A DNA stretch of 64,000 nt from IMG/VR virus record IMGVR_UViG_3300020048_000097; one strand, given 5' to 3'. The position numbers and the translations under genes are program-made. A model generated the notes under the pieces. That model worked only from the letters and a program-made list of their open reading frames with translations, made no database searches and was not told the origin of the DNA. Of the stretch, positions 1 to 7,654 are shown piece by piece. Position 1 is the first letter of the stretch, and the number at the start of each line of letters is the position of its first letter. This stretch comes from an uncultured virus (IMG/VR IMGVR_UViG_3300020048_000097) (taxonomy: Duplodnaviria; Heunggongvirae; Uroviricota; Caudoviricetes).

Positions 1-35
1 ATAAAGTTTTTATTCTCTGTTTTTATTTTATAGTG

Positions 36-68
36 CAAATATACAAAAAAGTTTTCCAATCTACCAAA
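36..68 (-). promoter_or_regulatory. Bacteroidota sigma70-type promoter (-33 TTTG / -7 TATATTTG) for a gene beyond the left edge
   Basis: Minus strand reads TTTG-21 nt-TATATTTG. Shares TTTGGTAGATTG with the promoter at 1537-1568. Confidence 0.7.
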
Positions 69-77
69 TTTATTTTG

Positions 78-104
78 AGCAGATACCCGGATTTGAACCG
101 GGAT
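78..104 (-). pseudogene. tRNA 3'-half remnant (T-arm plus acceptor 3' strand, U discriminator)
   Basis: Minus strand CCCGG-TTCAAAT-CCGGG-TATCTGC-T-CAA. No matching 5' half or anticodon arm upstream. Confidence 0.6.
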
Positions 105-148
105 TTTTTATTTATATATTAATTTTTATAACTTCAAAAGTGCCACGG

Positions 149-218
149 TACCGTATGTGAGGTTCGAACTCACTTAACATCGGATATGAGCCAATGTCCT
201 TTTCCGCTAAGCTACGGC
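149..218 (-). tRNA. tRNA with CAU anticodon (Met or Ile2), atypical D-arm
   Basis: Anticodon arm ATTGG-CTCATAT-CCGAT, T-arm GTGAG-TTCGAAC-CTCAC, acceptor GCCGTAG/ATACGGT with one mismatch. Confidence 0.7.
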
Positions 219-229
219 ATTTATATTTG

Positions 230-302
230 AGCACCTGGAGGGACTTGAACCCCCGTATCTGGGTTTGCAATCCAGTGCCTAAGCCAACTCGACCACAGGT
301 GC
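230..302 (-). tRNA. tRNA-Cys(GCA)
   Basis: Acceptor GCACCTG/CAGGTGC, U73, anticodon loop TTGCAAA, TTCAAGT T-loop. Confidence 0.9.
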
Positions 303-313
303 ATATATTTTAG

Positions 314-384
314 AGCATCCTACCAGATTCGAACTGGTGTCACTGGGTTACAAATCCAGAATATTACCTCTATACGAAGGATGC
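314..384 (-). tRNA. tRNA-Thr(UGU)
   Basis: Acceptor GCATCCT/AGGATGC, anticodon loop TTTGTAA, TTCGAAT T-loop. Confidence 0.85.
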
Positions 385-393
385 GTTTTATTG

Positions 394-467
394 TTGGAAT
401 AGTAAGACTCGAACTTACGACCTATCGCGTATCAGGCGATTGCTCTAACCAACTGAGCTATATTCCA
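394..467 (-). tRNA. tRNA-Ile(GAU)
   Basis: Canonical D-arm GCTCAGTTGGTTAGAGC, anticodon arm ATCGC-CTGATAC-GCGAT. Confidence 0.92.
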
Positions 468-473
468 ATTTAG

Positions 474-561
474 TACAGAAGGTGGGACTCGAACCCACAC
501 GCTATCTTTTCAAGCACCAGCTTCTAAGGCTGGGGTGTCTCGCCAATTCCACCACTCCTGC
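474..561 (-). tRNA. tRNA-Leu(UAG)
   Basis: Class II body with long variable arm, anticodon arm CCAGC-CTTAGAA-GCTGG, A73. Confidence 0.92.
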
Positions 562-568
562 ATTTTAG

Positions 569-641
569 TAGTCCTACCGGGATTCGAACCCAGACGATAC
601 GCTTAGAAGGCGTAGATGCTATCCAGTTACATCATAGAACC
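569..641 (-). tRNA. tRNA-Arg(UCU)
   Basis: Anticodon arm TACGC-CTTCTAA-GCGTA, TTCGAAT T-loop. Confidence 0.9.
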
Positions 642-648
642 ATTTTTG

Positions 649-732
649 TCGGTAGGGTGGGATTTGAACCCACGTCACACTTTCGTGTCCAGTGTATCAG
701 ACTGGTTCCTGAAACCGCTCGGATACCTACCG
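649..732 (-). tRNA. tRNA with Ile anticodon (GAU) on a class II, long-variable-arm body
   Basis: Acceptor CGGTAGG/CCTACCG, anticodon arm CCAGT-CTGATAC-ACTGG, variable arm ACAC-GAAA-GTGT, T-arm GTGGG-TTCAAAT-CCCAC. Confidence 0.8.
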
Positions 733-741
733 TTATTTTTG

Positions 742-813
742 CTGGGTTGGCCGGACTCGAACCGGCATCATTCTACTTAACAGGTAGAAGTTTTACATTA
801 CTACTACAACCCA
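742..813 (-). tRNA. tRNA-Asn(GUU), divergent D-arm
   Basis: Acceptor TGGGTTG/CAACCCA, G73, anticodon arm TCTAC-CTGTTAA-GTAGA. D-loop lacks GG. Confidence 0.8.
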
Positions 814-819
814 ATGTTG

Positions 820-892
820 CGGACTATGCAGGTTACGATCCTGCCACCCCCTGATTAACAGTCAGGTGCTCTACCAATTGAGCTAATAGTCC
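820..892 (-). tRNA. tRNA-Asn(GUU), ATCGTAA T-loop
   Basis: Acceptor GGACTAT/ATAGTCC, G73, anticodon arm CCTGA-CTGTTAA-TCAGG. Confidence 0.88.
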
Positions 893-904
893 TTCTTTCT
901 TTTG

Positions 905-978
905 CTCCTCCGACAGGATTCGAACCTGTAACCTTCCGCTTAACAGGCGGTTGCTCTGACCGTTATAGCTACGGAGGA
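905..978 (-). tRNA. tRNA-Asn(GUU), canonical type
   Basis: Acceptor TCCTCCG/CGGAGGA, G73, anticodon loop CTGTTAA. Confidence 0.92.
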
Positions 979-990
979 ATGTATGTAAAT

Positions 991-1022
991 AAAAAAACCC
1001 TCAGATTTTTGTCTGAGGGTTT
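991..1022 (-). terminator. Intrinsic terminator (candidate attenuator) directly upstream of the tRNA array
   Basis: Minus strand AAACCCTCAGA-CAAAAA-TCTGAGGGTTTTTTT: 11-bp stem ending in a 7-U tract, 12 nt before the first tRNA-Asn. Confidence 0.85.
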
Positions 1023-1046
1023 CAATGTTTTTTTAGTATAATGCCA

Positions 1047-1160
1047 TTACGCAATATCCTTAAACAGATCGAAACCCTCGCTTGGTCTAATACATAACGT
1101 ATTATTCACCACCATATTCAGCGTGTTATTCAAATTCATATTTAAGTTAATTGTTCTCAT
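1047..1160 (-). CDS. Putative attenuator leader peptide MRTINLNMNLNNTLNMVVNNTLCIRPSEGFDLFKDIA (37 aa)
   Basis: Translated by hand (too short for the ORF track). A-rich upstream region with A at -3, 8 Asn codons, and GAGGGTTTCGAT complementary to the terminator 5' arm. Confidence 0.75.
   Translation of the reverse strand: MRTINLNMNLNNTLNMVVNNTLCIRPSEGFDLFKDIA
1068..1079 (-). promoter_or_regulatory. Antiterminator segment
   Basis: GAGGGTTTCGAT can pair with ATTGAAACCCTC (1026->1015): 12 bp with one G-U. This is mutually exclusive with the terminator stem. Confidence 0.7.
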
Positions 1161-1200
1161 TATTTCTAAATTTTTAAATGTTGTTTTTAATCTTTTTTAG

Positions 1201-1273
<73 letters not shown>

Positions 1274-1282
1274 ATATGTCTT

Positions 1283-1291
1283 TATATATTA
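1283..1291 (-). promoter_or_regulatory. TAATATATA putative phage (late-type) promoter driving fMet, leader and tRNA array
   Basis: Same motif precedes many structural and motif-bearing genes in the window. Confidence 0.55.
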
Positions 1292-1365
1292 AAAAGGATT
1301 TCTCCCTTTTGTCATTTTCTTTATATTTTATTCAAATTTATTAAAAAAGTTTTAATTATTTGCAT

Positions 1366-1518
1366 TTATTTTACTTTTTTTTGTTTTATCTCAACTTCAT
1401 AAGGGTTGATCATGCTTTTTTTGCTATCATATTTCCAAATTGAGATTGAATATTCGTCTTCAAATGTTCTTTCCCATTTCTTATGAACTTCTTCTACTTT
1501 CTTAACTACTTTTGCCAT
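1366..1518 (-). CDS. Small hypothetical protein (start MAKVVKK)
   Basis: ORF directly downstream of the Bacteroidota-type promoter at 1537-1568. Confidence 0.65.
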   Translation of the reverse strand: MAKVVKKVEEVHKKWERTFEDEYSISIWKYDSKKSMINPYEVEIKQKKVK

Positions 1519-1536
1519 ATACTTATTTTGTGAGTA

Positions 1537-1568
1537 CAAATATAAGGACACTTTTTCAATCTACCAAA
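1537..1568 (-). promoter_or_regulatory. Bacteroidota sigma70-type promoter
   Basis: TTTG-20 nt-TATATTTG. Confidence 0.7.
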
Positions 1569-1922
1569 TTAAATTGCCTTTTCTAATTGAATTTTTCCAG
1601 TAAGACTAGCAAAATCTAAATGTATTGATGTTTGTATTAGATGGTATGAAACTTTATAACCCATTCTTTCTAATCTATTTACGAGATCTGAATATTCTTT
1701 TATAACCTCTATAAATTTTTCCGATGTTTCTGTGATTTTAGTTATATCGCTTTTACCTTCATTATAAACAGAAAGTTCTATGTTATAATTTCTATATCCA
1801 TTAACTTCACCATTAGAAGATATTTCTAAATCATCGCAGTGATCAGACATCCAAACACAAACATCATTTAATTCTTCTAATTCTTGCTCTTTTGATTCGA
1901 AAATTCTCTTTAAATGTTTCAT
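1569..1922 (-). CDS. Hypothetical protein with N-terminal MKHLKRIFES motif
   Basis: ORF, shared N-terminal motif, TAATATATA upstream. Confidence 0.75.
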   Translation of the reverse strand: MKHLKRIFESKEQELEELNDVCVWMSDHCDDLEISSNGEVNGYRNYNIELSVYNEGKSDITKITETSEKFIEVIKEYSDLVNRLERMGYKVSYHLIQTSIHLDFASLTGKIQLEKAI

Positions 1923-1956
1923 TATATTAATATAATTTTTATTATATATTAAAAAG

Positions 1957-2358
1957 TCATTTTAATTTATGCCAAAACCTTTTAGGTAAATGTATATTAT
2001 TTATATTAATCGCTTCTTTTAATAAAGGTGCAACATCTTTTGGTTTCAATCCTGCTAAACCACATCCTATCTCAGTAACTAAAAATGTTAATGAATGATT
2101 GTTTTTAGCGAACTCTATAAAATCATCTACAAATGGTTTGATCTCAGTTAAAGTTAGTGTTTTAGTTATACTAGCATTCTTTGTTGGTATACCATATGTT
2201 CTACCTTGAATACCTGATGCTTGACCCCAGATCGCACCCCAAGTCAATGCTTGTTTAGCGGCACCTTTACCGTGTCTACCGGACAAGTTTGATCCAAAAA
2301 CGAATATTTCATTTTGTGCTAAATGCGTTATATTATCTGGTGTTGTTCTATTTTCCAT
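1957..2358 (-). CDS. Macro-domain-like phage protein (A1S_2505-type)
   Basis: FVFGSNLSGRHGKGAA and VTEIGCGLAG motifs. Confidence 0.7.
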   Translation of the reverse strand: MENRTTPDNITHLAQNEIFVFGSNLSGRHGKGAAKQALTWGAIWGQASGIQGRTYGIPTKNASITKTLTLTEIKPFVDDFIEFAKNNHSLTFLVTEIGCGLAGLKPKDVAPLLKEAININNIHLPKRFWHKLK

Positions 2359-2406
2359 ATTATTTATATTGATTAAAACAAATTTGTTTTTTGATATAAA
2401 ATATTT

Positions 2407-2628
2407 ATGAATGTAATTAGAATAAATATTGGTGGTGAATTAACAGAAGTTCATATAAACTTTTTTATAGATCAAAAAGTTATTCGTAATGAAAAGATAT
2501 CTGATACTTATTTCATAACAATGGATAATGGTGATTATAATCTAACATATAGCATTCATCAAAACTATTATGATAAGGTTAAAATAGAATTAAGAAATCT
2601 AAAAATAGATAATATATTAGGAAAATAA
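2407..2628 (+). CDS. Hypothetical protein, C-terminal RNLKIDNIL motif
   Basis: ORF, recurring C-terminal motif. Confidence 0.65.
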   Translation: MNVIRINIGGELTEVHINFFIDQKVIRNEKISDTYFITMDNGDYNLTYSIHQNYYDKVKIELRNLKIDNILGK

Positions 2629-2677
2629 TATTTTTTATGTAATATATTTAATATATACTTTAAAAAATAAATAATAT

Positions 2678-3355
2678 ATGAAATATTTGAAAAAATTCAA
2701 CTCTTATTTAATAAAAGAGTCTCAGGTAAATCGTGCTGGTGGTGTTTTTCTAAGTTATGTTTCAAGTAAATCTTCGTCTAGAAACGTATATCCAACTATT
2801 GATATTGAAAAGGCAAAGCAGGACCCAACATTGAAAAAATTTACTTGTGAAATTGGACCATTTGTATTGGTTTATGATGGCACTACATCAAGAGATAGTA
2901 TTGGTGGAACTGCTTATGCAAAAAAAGGTGAACAAAAATCTACATCAATACTTAAAGTTTGGTGTCAAAAAAGTGCATATGATTGGGAAGTTTCATCTCT
3001 TACAAATGATCAAAAAAAAGATCCAGAAAATTCTGGTGTAAAACCGGATGTGGTATTTGAACAATTGCCAGGTTTCATGTTAACAGAAAAAGATAAAAGT
3101 AGACAAAATGCAGAAATGGAAATTGCAAAAGAAAAAGCAAAAGAAGAAATTGATAAAGCAGGTGGATATGAAGAACCAGGTGTAACTAAAACCGCATATG
3201 CTTTTTATAAACCATCAGGTAATTTTAGTGACAAGTATATATGGGCTGAAGTTGGACCAGATGATAATTTAATAGATTGTTTTGACGAAACTCGAATTAT
3301 AGATGATTTCATTTTTAAAATAAAACAAGAAATTAAAGAAAAATTAAAAGGATAA
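2678..3355 (+). CDS. Hypothetical protein with MKYLKKFNSY motif
   Basis: ORF, TAATATATA upstream, terminator downstream. Confidence 0.8.
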   Translation: MKYLKKFNSYLIKESQVNRAGGVFLSYVSSKSSSRNVYPTIDIEKAKQDPTLKKFTCEIGPFVLVYDGTTSRDSIGGTAYAKKGEQKSTSILKVWCQKSAYDWEVSSLTNDQKKDPENSGVKPDVVFEQLPGFMLTEKDKSRQNAEMEIAKEKAKEEIDKAGGYEEPGVTKTAYAFYKPSGNFSDKYIWAEVGPDDNLIDCFDETRIIDDFIFKIKQEIKEKLKG

Positions 3356-3362
3356 TATTAAT

Positions 3363-3390
3363 AAAAAGCCCACTTATGAGTGGGCTTTTT
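3363..3390. terminator. Bidirectional intrinsic terminator
   Basis: AAAAAGCCCACTTATGAGTGGGCTTTTT between convergent genes. Confidence 0.85.
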
Positions 3391-3398
3391 ATTAATAG

Positions 3399-3656
3399 TT
3401 AGACTAATTGATTTAGATTCCATTCTCTTAATATATCTCTATATTCTTCAAATGTAAGCCAGGTTTTATATCCACCAAACAATTTGGCTATACCTTCAAC
3501 CATTATAACTTTTTTCATATCATCATTTACGTTACCATCTAATGTATGTGCATAACCTATATAAATATTCTCAACGGTTTGTTTATCTAATCCGTCATTA
3601 TCTTCGATTAGTATATATTCCTTTATAGCATCTATATTTAAATTTTCTAATTTCAT
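3399..3656 (-). CDS. Hypothetical protein
   Basis: ORF in an operon downstream of the M42 peptidase. Confidence 0.65.
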   Translation of the reverse strand: MKLENLNIDAIKEYILIEDNDGLDKQTVENIYIGYAHTLDGNVNDDMKKVIMVEGIAKLFGGYKTWLTFEEYRDILREWNLNQLV

Positions 3657-3658
3657 AA

Positions 3659-3769
3659 TTAAAAATTTGGATCATTTGGATCTAATTCTTTTATTATATA
3701 TCTTTCTACCCACTCTCTTGGAGCGAGAGCGGATATTAAGCCTATTATTATTATTGTTAAGGGTAACAT
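3659..3769 (-). CDS. Small hydrophobic peptide MLPLTIIIIGLISALAPREWVERYIIKELDPNDPNF
   Basis: Hand-translated. TAATG overlap with the M42 stop codon, and it fills the gap to the next gene. Confidence 0.5.
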   Translation of the reverse strand: MLPLTIIIIGLISALAPREWVERYIIKELDPNDPNF

Positions 3770-4839
3770 TATGAGTTATACTTAAAATTGTGATCTTCTT
3801 CTATATTTAATAGAGTTTGATATATTAATTTGATAATATTTTTAACATCATCTTTGTGAGCAGTTTCACAAGTTGTGTGCATATACTTCAATGGTAAAGA
3901 AATAAGAACAGAAGGAACACCACCATTTGAATAAGCGAATGCATCTGTATCAGTTCCTGTTGAAGTTGAACTTGCTGCTAACTGAACAGGTATTTTCTTT
4001 TTATCTGCAACATCAAGAACTAATTTTCTTAATTTATTATGAACCGCAGGAGCTCTTGTAATCACACCACCTTGTCCTGCAATGTGTTCTCCTTCTTTAC
4101 TAGGTGTATAACAAGGTGAAGATGTTTCGTGACACACATCAGTTATAATTGCAACATTTGGTTTAATTGATTGAGCAACCATTTGAGCACCTCTTAAACC
4201 TATTTCTTCTTGAACAGAGTTTACGATATAAAGTTTGAATGGTAATTCTTTACCTTTTTCTTTTAATTTTCTAGCAACTTCTGCTATCATAAAGCCACCA
4301 ATTCTATTATCTAATGCACGGCCAGTGTAGTAATCGTTACCAAGTTTCATAAACTCATCTTTGAAAGTTATTACCGTACCAACATTAATACCCATTTCAA
4401 TAACTTCTTCTTTTGTATTTGCACCAACATCAATAAAGATAGAATCTAAATCTGCGTCTTTCTTTCTATAAGAAATGTGTATTGCCGGGTGTCCAAATAT
4501 ACCATCAACTGGTCCTTTATCACCCCATAGTGTAACTCTCATAGAAGGTGCTATAGTTGCATCTGATCCACCATTTCTAATAACTTTAATATAACCTTTT
4601 GGATCGATATAATTAACGAACCAAGAGATTTCATCTGCGTGTGCTTCAATAACTACTTTGAAATCAGAGTCAAGGTTACCTGTAATAGCGTATGCGGTTC
4701 CATAATTATCAAGTTCTACGTGATCAACAAATTCAGATATGTAGTCCATCCACACTTTTTGTCCACCTAATTCATATTCGAAGCCGGTTGGTGAACTACT
4801 ATTTAGATATTCTTCTAAAAAATTCTCGTTTATTTTCAT
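3769..4839 (-). CDS. M42 family aminopeptidase (TET/FrvX-like)
   Basis: HADEI, ALDNR, QEEIG and YMHT metal-binding motifs. Confidence 0.92.
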   Translation of the reverse strand: MKINENFLEEYLNSSSPTGFEYELGGQKVWMDYISEFVDHVELDNYGTAYAITGNLDSDFKVVIEAHADEISWFVNYIDPKGYIKVIRNGGSDATIAPSMRVTLWGDKGPVDGIFGHPAIHISYRKKDADLDSIFIDVGANTKEEVIEMGINVGTVITFKDEFMKLGNDYYTGRALDNRIGGFMIAEVARKLKEKGKELPFKLYIVNSVQEEIGLRGAQMVAQSIKPNVAIITDVCHETSSPCYTPSKEGEHIAGQGGVITRAPAVHNKLRKLVLDVADKKKIPVQLAASSTSTGTDTDAFAYSNGGVPSVLISLPLKYMHTTCETAHKDDVKNIIKLIYQTLLNIEEDHNFKYNS

Positions 4840-4853
4840 ATTTTATTTATTTT

Positions 4854-5165
4854 TTAAGCACCTATTTTCTCATAGATATATTCATCTGAAAGTTCGTCAA
4901 TAGTAACTTCTTCGTTTACGAAGAAATCAGTAGTGTCTACTGTTTCAAATTCAACATTATATTTAAATAATACTGATTTTATTTTTTCTAGATTAAGTTC
5001 ATTGCATACCATAAAAGATGTTATTTTATCATCTTCTAATACGTCAACTGATAAGTCTAAATCAAGGGTCATCATTAGATCATGATCCTCATCTGTCATA
5101 GAAGACATCATTTTTTTATTTTCGTCTTCTGTTAAATTCGTTTTTACTTTCCAAACTTTTTTCAT
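4854..5165 (-). CDS. Hypothetical protein, probable paralog of 7655-8080
   Basis: Shared NExxLEKxxxxLxKYxxxxxxxDxTD segment. Confidence 0.7.
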   Translation of the reverse strand: MKKVWKVKTNLTEDENKKMMSSMTDEDHDLMMTLDLDLSVDVLEDDKITSFMVCNELNLEKIKSVLFKYNVEFETVDTTDFFVNEEVTIDELSDEYIYEKIGA

Positions 5166-5224
5166 ATTTAAATTTTAGTTTCTTTTTATAAGTAAATAAT
5201 AATTAAAAGTTTTATATATACATT

Positions 5225-5497
5225 ATGAATTATATAAAGACATTTGAATCGTATTCGGATATTGAACAATATACAAATGAAATTTTTACGTTTTTAAGAC
5301 GATATAATTTGTTTCCTGAGCAGGAAAGATATCTAAGAAATGCTTATGCTGATAAGATAGAAGAATGGTATAATGAAGGTAAATATACAAGAGAATTTGC
5401 TGAGAAGATTGCTAAGGATTTGCAATTGAGTACTGGTGGTTTAATGCAATATAAGATGACTGGTGGTAATCAGTGGCAAAATATTTACTATAAATAA
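5225..5497 (+). CDS. Hypothetical protein with MNYIKTFESY motif
   Basis: ORF, shared motif. Confidence 0.75.
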   Translation: MNYIKTFESYSDIEQYTNEIFTFLRRYNLFPEQERYLRNAYADKIEEWYNEGKYTREFAEKIAKDLQLSTGGLMQYKMTGGNQWQNIYYK

Positions 5498-5536
5498 AAA
5501 TAATATATAGTAAATAGTAAAAAAAAAATTAAAAAT

Positions 5537-6503
5537 ATGTTAAAAGACGATCCAAAAACAATAAAAGAACAATGGGGTATTGATCCATTAGAAGGAGTTC
5601 AATTAAATGATATTCAACAAACTTTGTTAGATGAATCATTGGGTAATGCACAATCAATGAGAACTGAAAAAAGTGTAAGTATGGAGTTAGAGAATAAATA
5701 TAAAGGTTCTTTCGATCAGTGTGATTCACTTATAAATGGATTAAGTGGTGATTTAAAAAAGAAATTGCTTAGTAATGTTTATATAAATGAAAACCCAAAG
5801 TGGCATCCAGAGAGAAACTCATTAATTCATATTAAAATTGTTATGAGTAGAGGTATCGAAACAGGTGATAAAGATTTAGAACAAGCTGCGCTTTATCACG
5901 ATATAGCAAAATTTGATACCGTTTCTTTTAATAAAGAAGGATGGCCAACATGTTTAGGACATGATTCTGCAGGTGCAGCATTGGTTAGTGATCCTATGAT
6001 TAAATATATATGTGCAAAACATATGGTTATTAAAGGGTGGCAAGGTGCATCAGAAGCAGGTGAATTAACTCCTAAAACTAAATTTAAGATATTTTCGGAA
6101 GCCCCTGGTGATGATAATAATGAAAAAGCAAAAGCATTTTGGAAACTATGTGTGTTCACTAAAATGGATAATATGTCTTATGACTTCAATTATGAATCAC
6201 TTAAATGGGATAATCCATCTTATGACAAATGGGATGAAGAATGTCCACTTAAAGAACAATTTAAAAAGGCTGAATTAGTTCAAATAGTTGAGGAAAAACC
6301 NNNNNNNNNNTACATCACAAGAACTTATGAAAATGGGTGCAAAACCTGGACCAGATCTTGGTAAGATGATAGGTGCTATAACTGGTAAAACTCCAGAAGA
6401 AGCGAAAGTTATATTAAGCGATCAATTTGGATTAACTGTTGAAAAATTATCAACTAAAAGTTATATAAAAATGTTTGAACAATTTAGAAATGGTTTAAAA
6501 TAA
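5537..6503 (+). CDS. HD-domain phosphohydrolase resembling the C-terminal half of CCA-adding enzymes (one gene across the N gap at 6301-6310)
   Basis: WHPE..H, AALYHDIAK and GH..AGA motifs, then after the gap ELMKMGAKPGPDLGK. Confidence 0.7.
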
Positions 6504-6507
6504 AACT

Positions 6508-7416
6508 ATGAAATACATTAAGAAATATCAAAAATTTTTTGAAGATGGTGTTGCTTCGGCAAATGCATCAACAACTGCAGGTGCTGGTTCAGTATCAAAT
6601 GCAGTTGTTGGTTCAACACCGGGTGTTCCTGGTGGATCTGGGTCTGGTGATACATCAACATATTTAGTAAGTAAGGATCAACCAAAGAAAGGTAATCCTA
6701 GTGAAGTTTCTGATGCTAGATTTTTAGATGATGTAGATGATGAGATAACAAGAGTTGAAGAAGCAAAAGAAGAATTAACTAAGACTGAAAAAATGATTGA
6801 AGAATTTGAGAAAGACTTTGATACCATTTTAGATCCAAAGTTTGAAATATCTCAAATTAAATTACTTAGAAAAGCATTTAGTCACTTCAATAAAAAGTTT
6901 TTGAAGAATAAAATAGATAAAATAACATTAGAAGATTTAGGTGGAGTTCACGGTAAGTGGAGAGAAACGCCAAAGAAAAATCAAATGATTTTAAATCCTA
7001 GTATTTTTGATTTTACGAAAGAATTTGATAATGATATAGGTAACATACCCTACAAAGAGTTTGTGATTGTTCACGAAATAGGACATTGTATTGATCACAT
7101 AGAGAAAGTATCATATTCTAAAAAATGGCAATCAATATCTGGTTGGAAGAAATGTGAACGTGATGAGAAAATACCTGATGAGTATGAAAGATATATTGAG
7201 AAAAGACCAGGTAGAGAAAAAGCAGGACCAAAAAAATCCAATTGGGTTTATAAAGAAGGTTCTCATTTTTGTAGAAAATATTCTAGTAGAAACCCAAGAG
7301 AAGATTTTGCGGATTCGTTTGCGTTTGCAGTATTTAAAAACTACAAAAGATTTAATTCATCTGGATGTAAAGAAAAGTTAGAGATTGTTAAAAAAGTTCT
7401 ATGTGAAATAGATTAG
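6508..7416 (+). CDS. Zincin-like metallopeptidase with MKYIKKYQKF motif and Gly/Ser-rich linker
   Basis: HEIGH motif and downstream YSSRNPREDFADSF. Confidence 0.7.
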   Translation: MKYIKKYQKFFEDGVASANASTTAGAGSVSNAVVGSTPGVPGGSGSGDTSTYLVSKDQPKKGNPSEVSDARFLDDVDDEITRVEEAKEELTKTEKMIEEFEKDFDTILDPKFEISQIKLLRKAFSHFNKKFLKNKIDKITLEDLGGVHGKWRETPKKNQMILNPSIFDFTKEFDNDIGNIPYKEFVIVHEIGHCIDHIEKVSYSKKWQSISGWKKCERDEKIPDEYERYIEKRPGREKAGPKKSNWVYKEGSHFCRKYSSRNPREDFADSFAFAVFKNYKRFNSSGCKEKLEIVKKVLCEID

Positions 7417-7652
7417 ATCCTTTTCTTAAATTTCATTTTTAACTTATCAGCATCATAACCAAGTGATATTGCGGTTATAAAGATAAATACAAATATTAAT
7501 GAGAATCCGATAAAAAGTGCAATTGGAATCCAGATAGGTGATAAAACCCATAACCAAGACCAGTTTATATTACCAGTTAGTTTAAGAACTAAGAAAACAA
7601 TAAATAGAACTCCTGTTAGTCCTATTCCGCTAGATTTTGTTGTGTTTGTCAT
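7413..7652 (-). CDS. Small two-TM membrane protein
   Basis: LFIVFLVLKLTGNINWSWLWVLSPIW, a common phage membrane family. Confidence 0.75.
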   Translation of the reverse strand: MTNTTKSSGIGLTGVLFIVFLVLKLTGNINWSWLWVLSPIWIPIALFIGFSLIFVFIFITAISLGYDADKLKMKFKKRI

Positions 7653-7654
7653 AA

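Noticed and set aside
78..148. tmRNA or intron-containing tRNA
   Set aside because: No complementary 5' acceptor strand or tag reading frame is present in the available space.
1047..1200. T-box riboswitch as the control element for the tRNA array
   Set aside because: GGTGG is present but the T-box UGGNACC bulge and stem I are not. The leader ORF plus antiterminator explains the region better.
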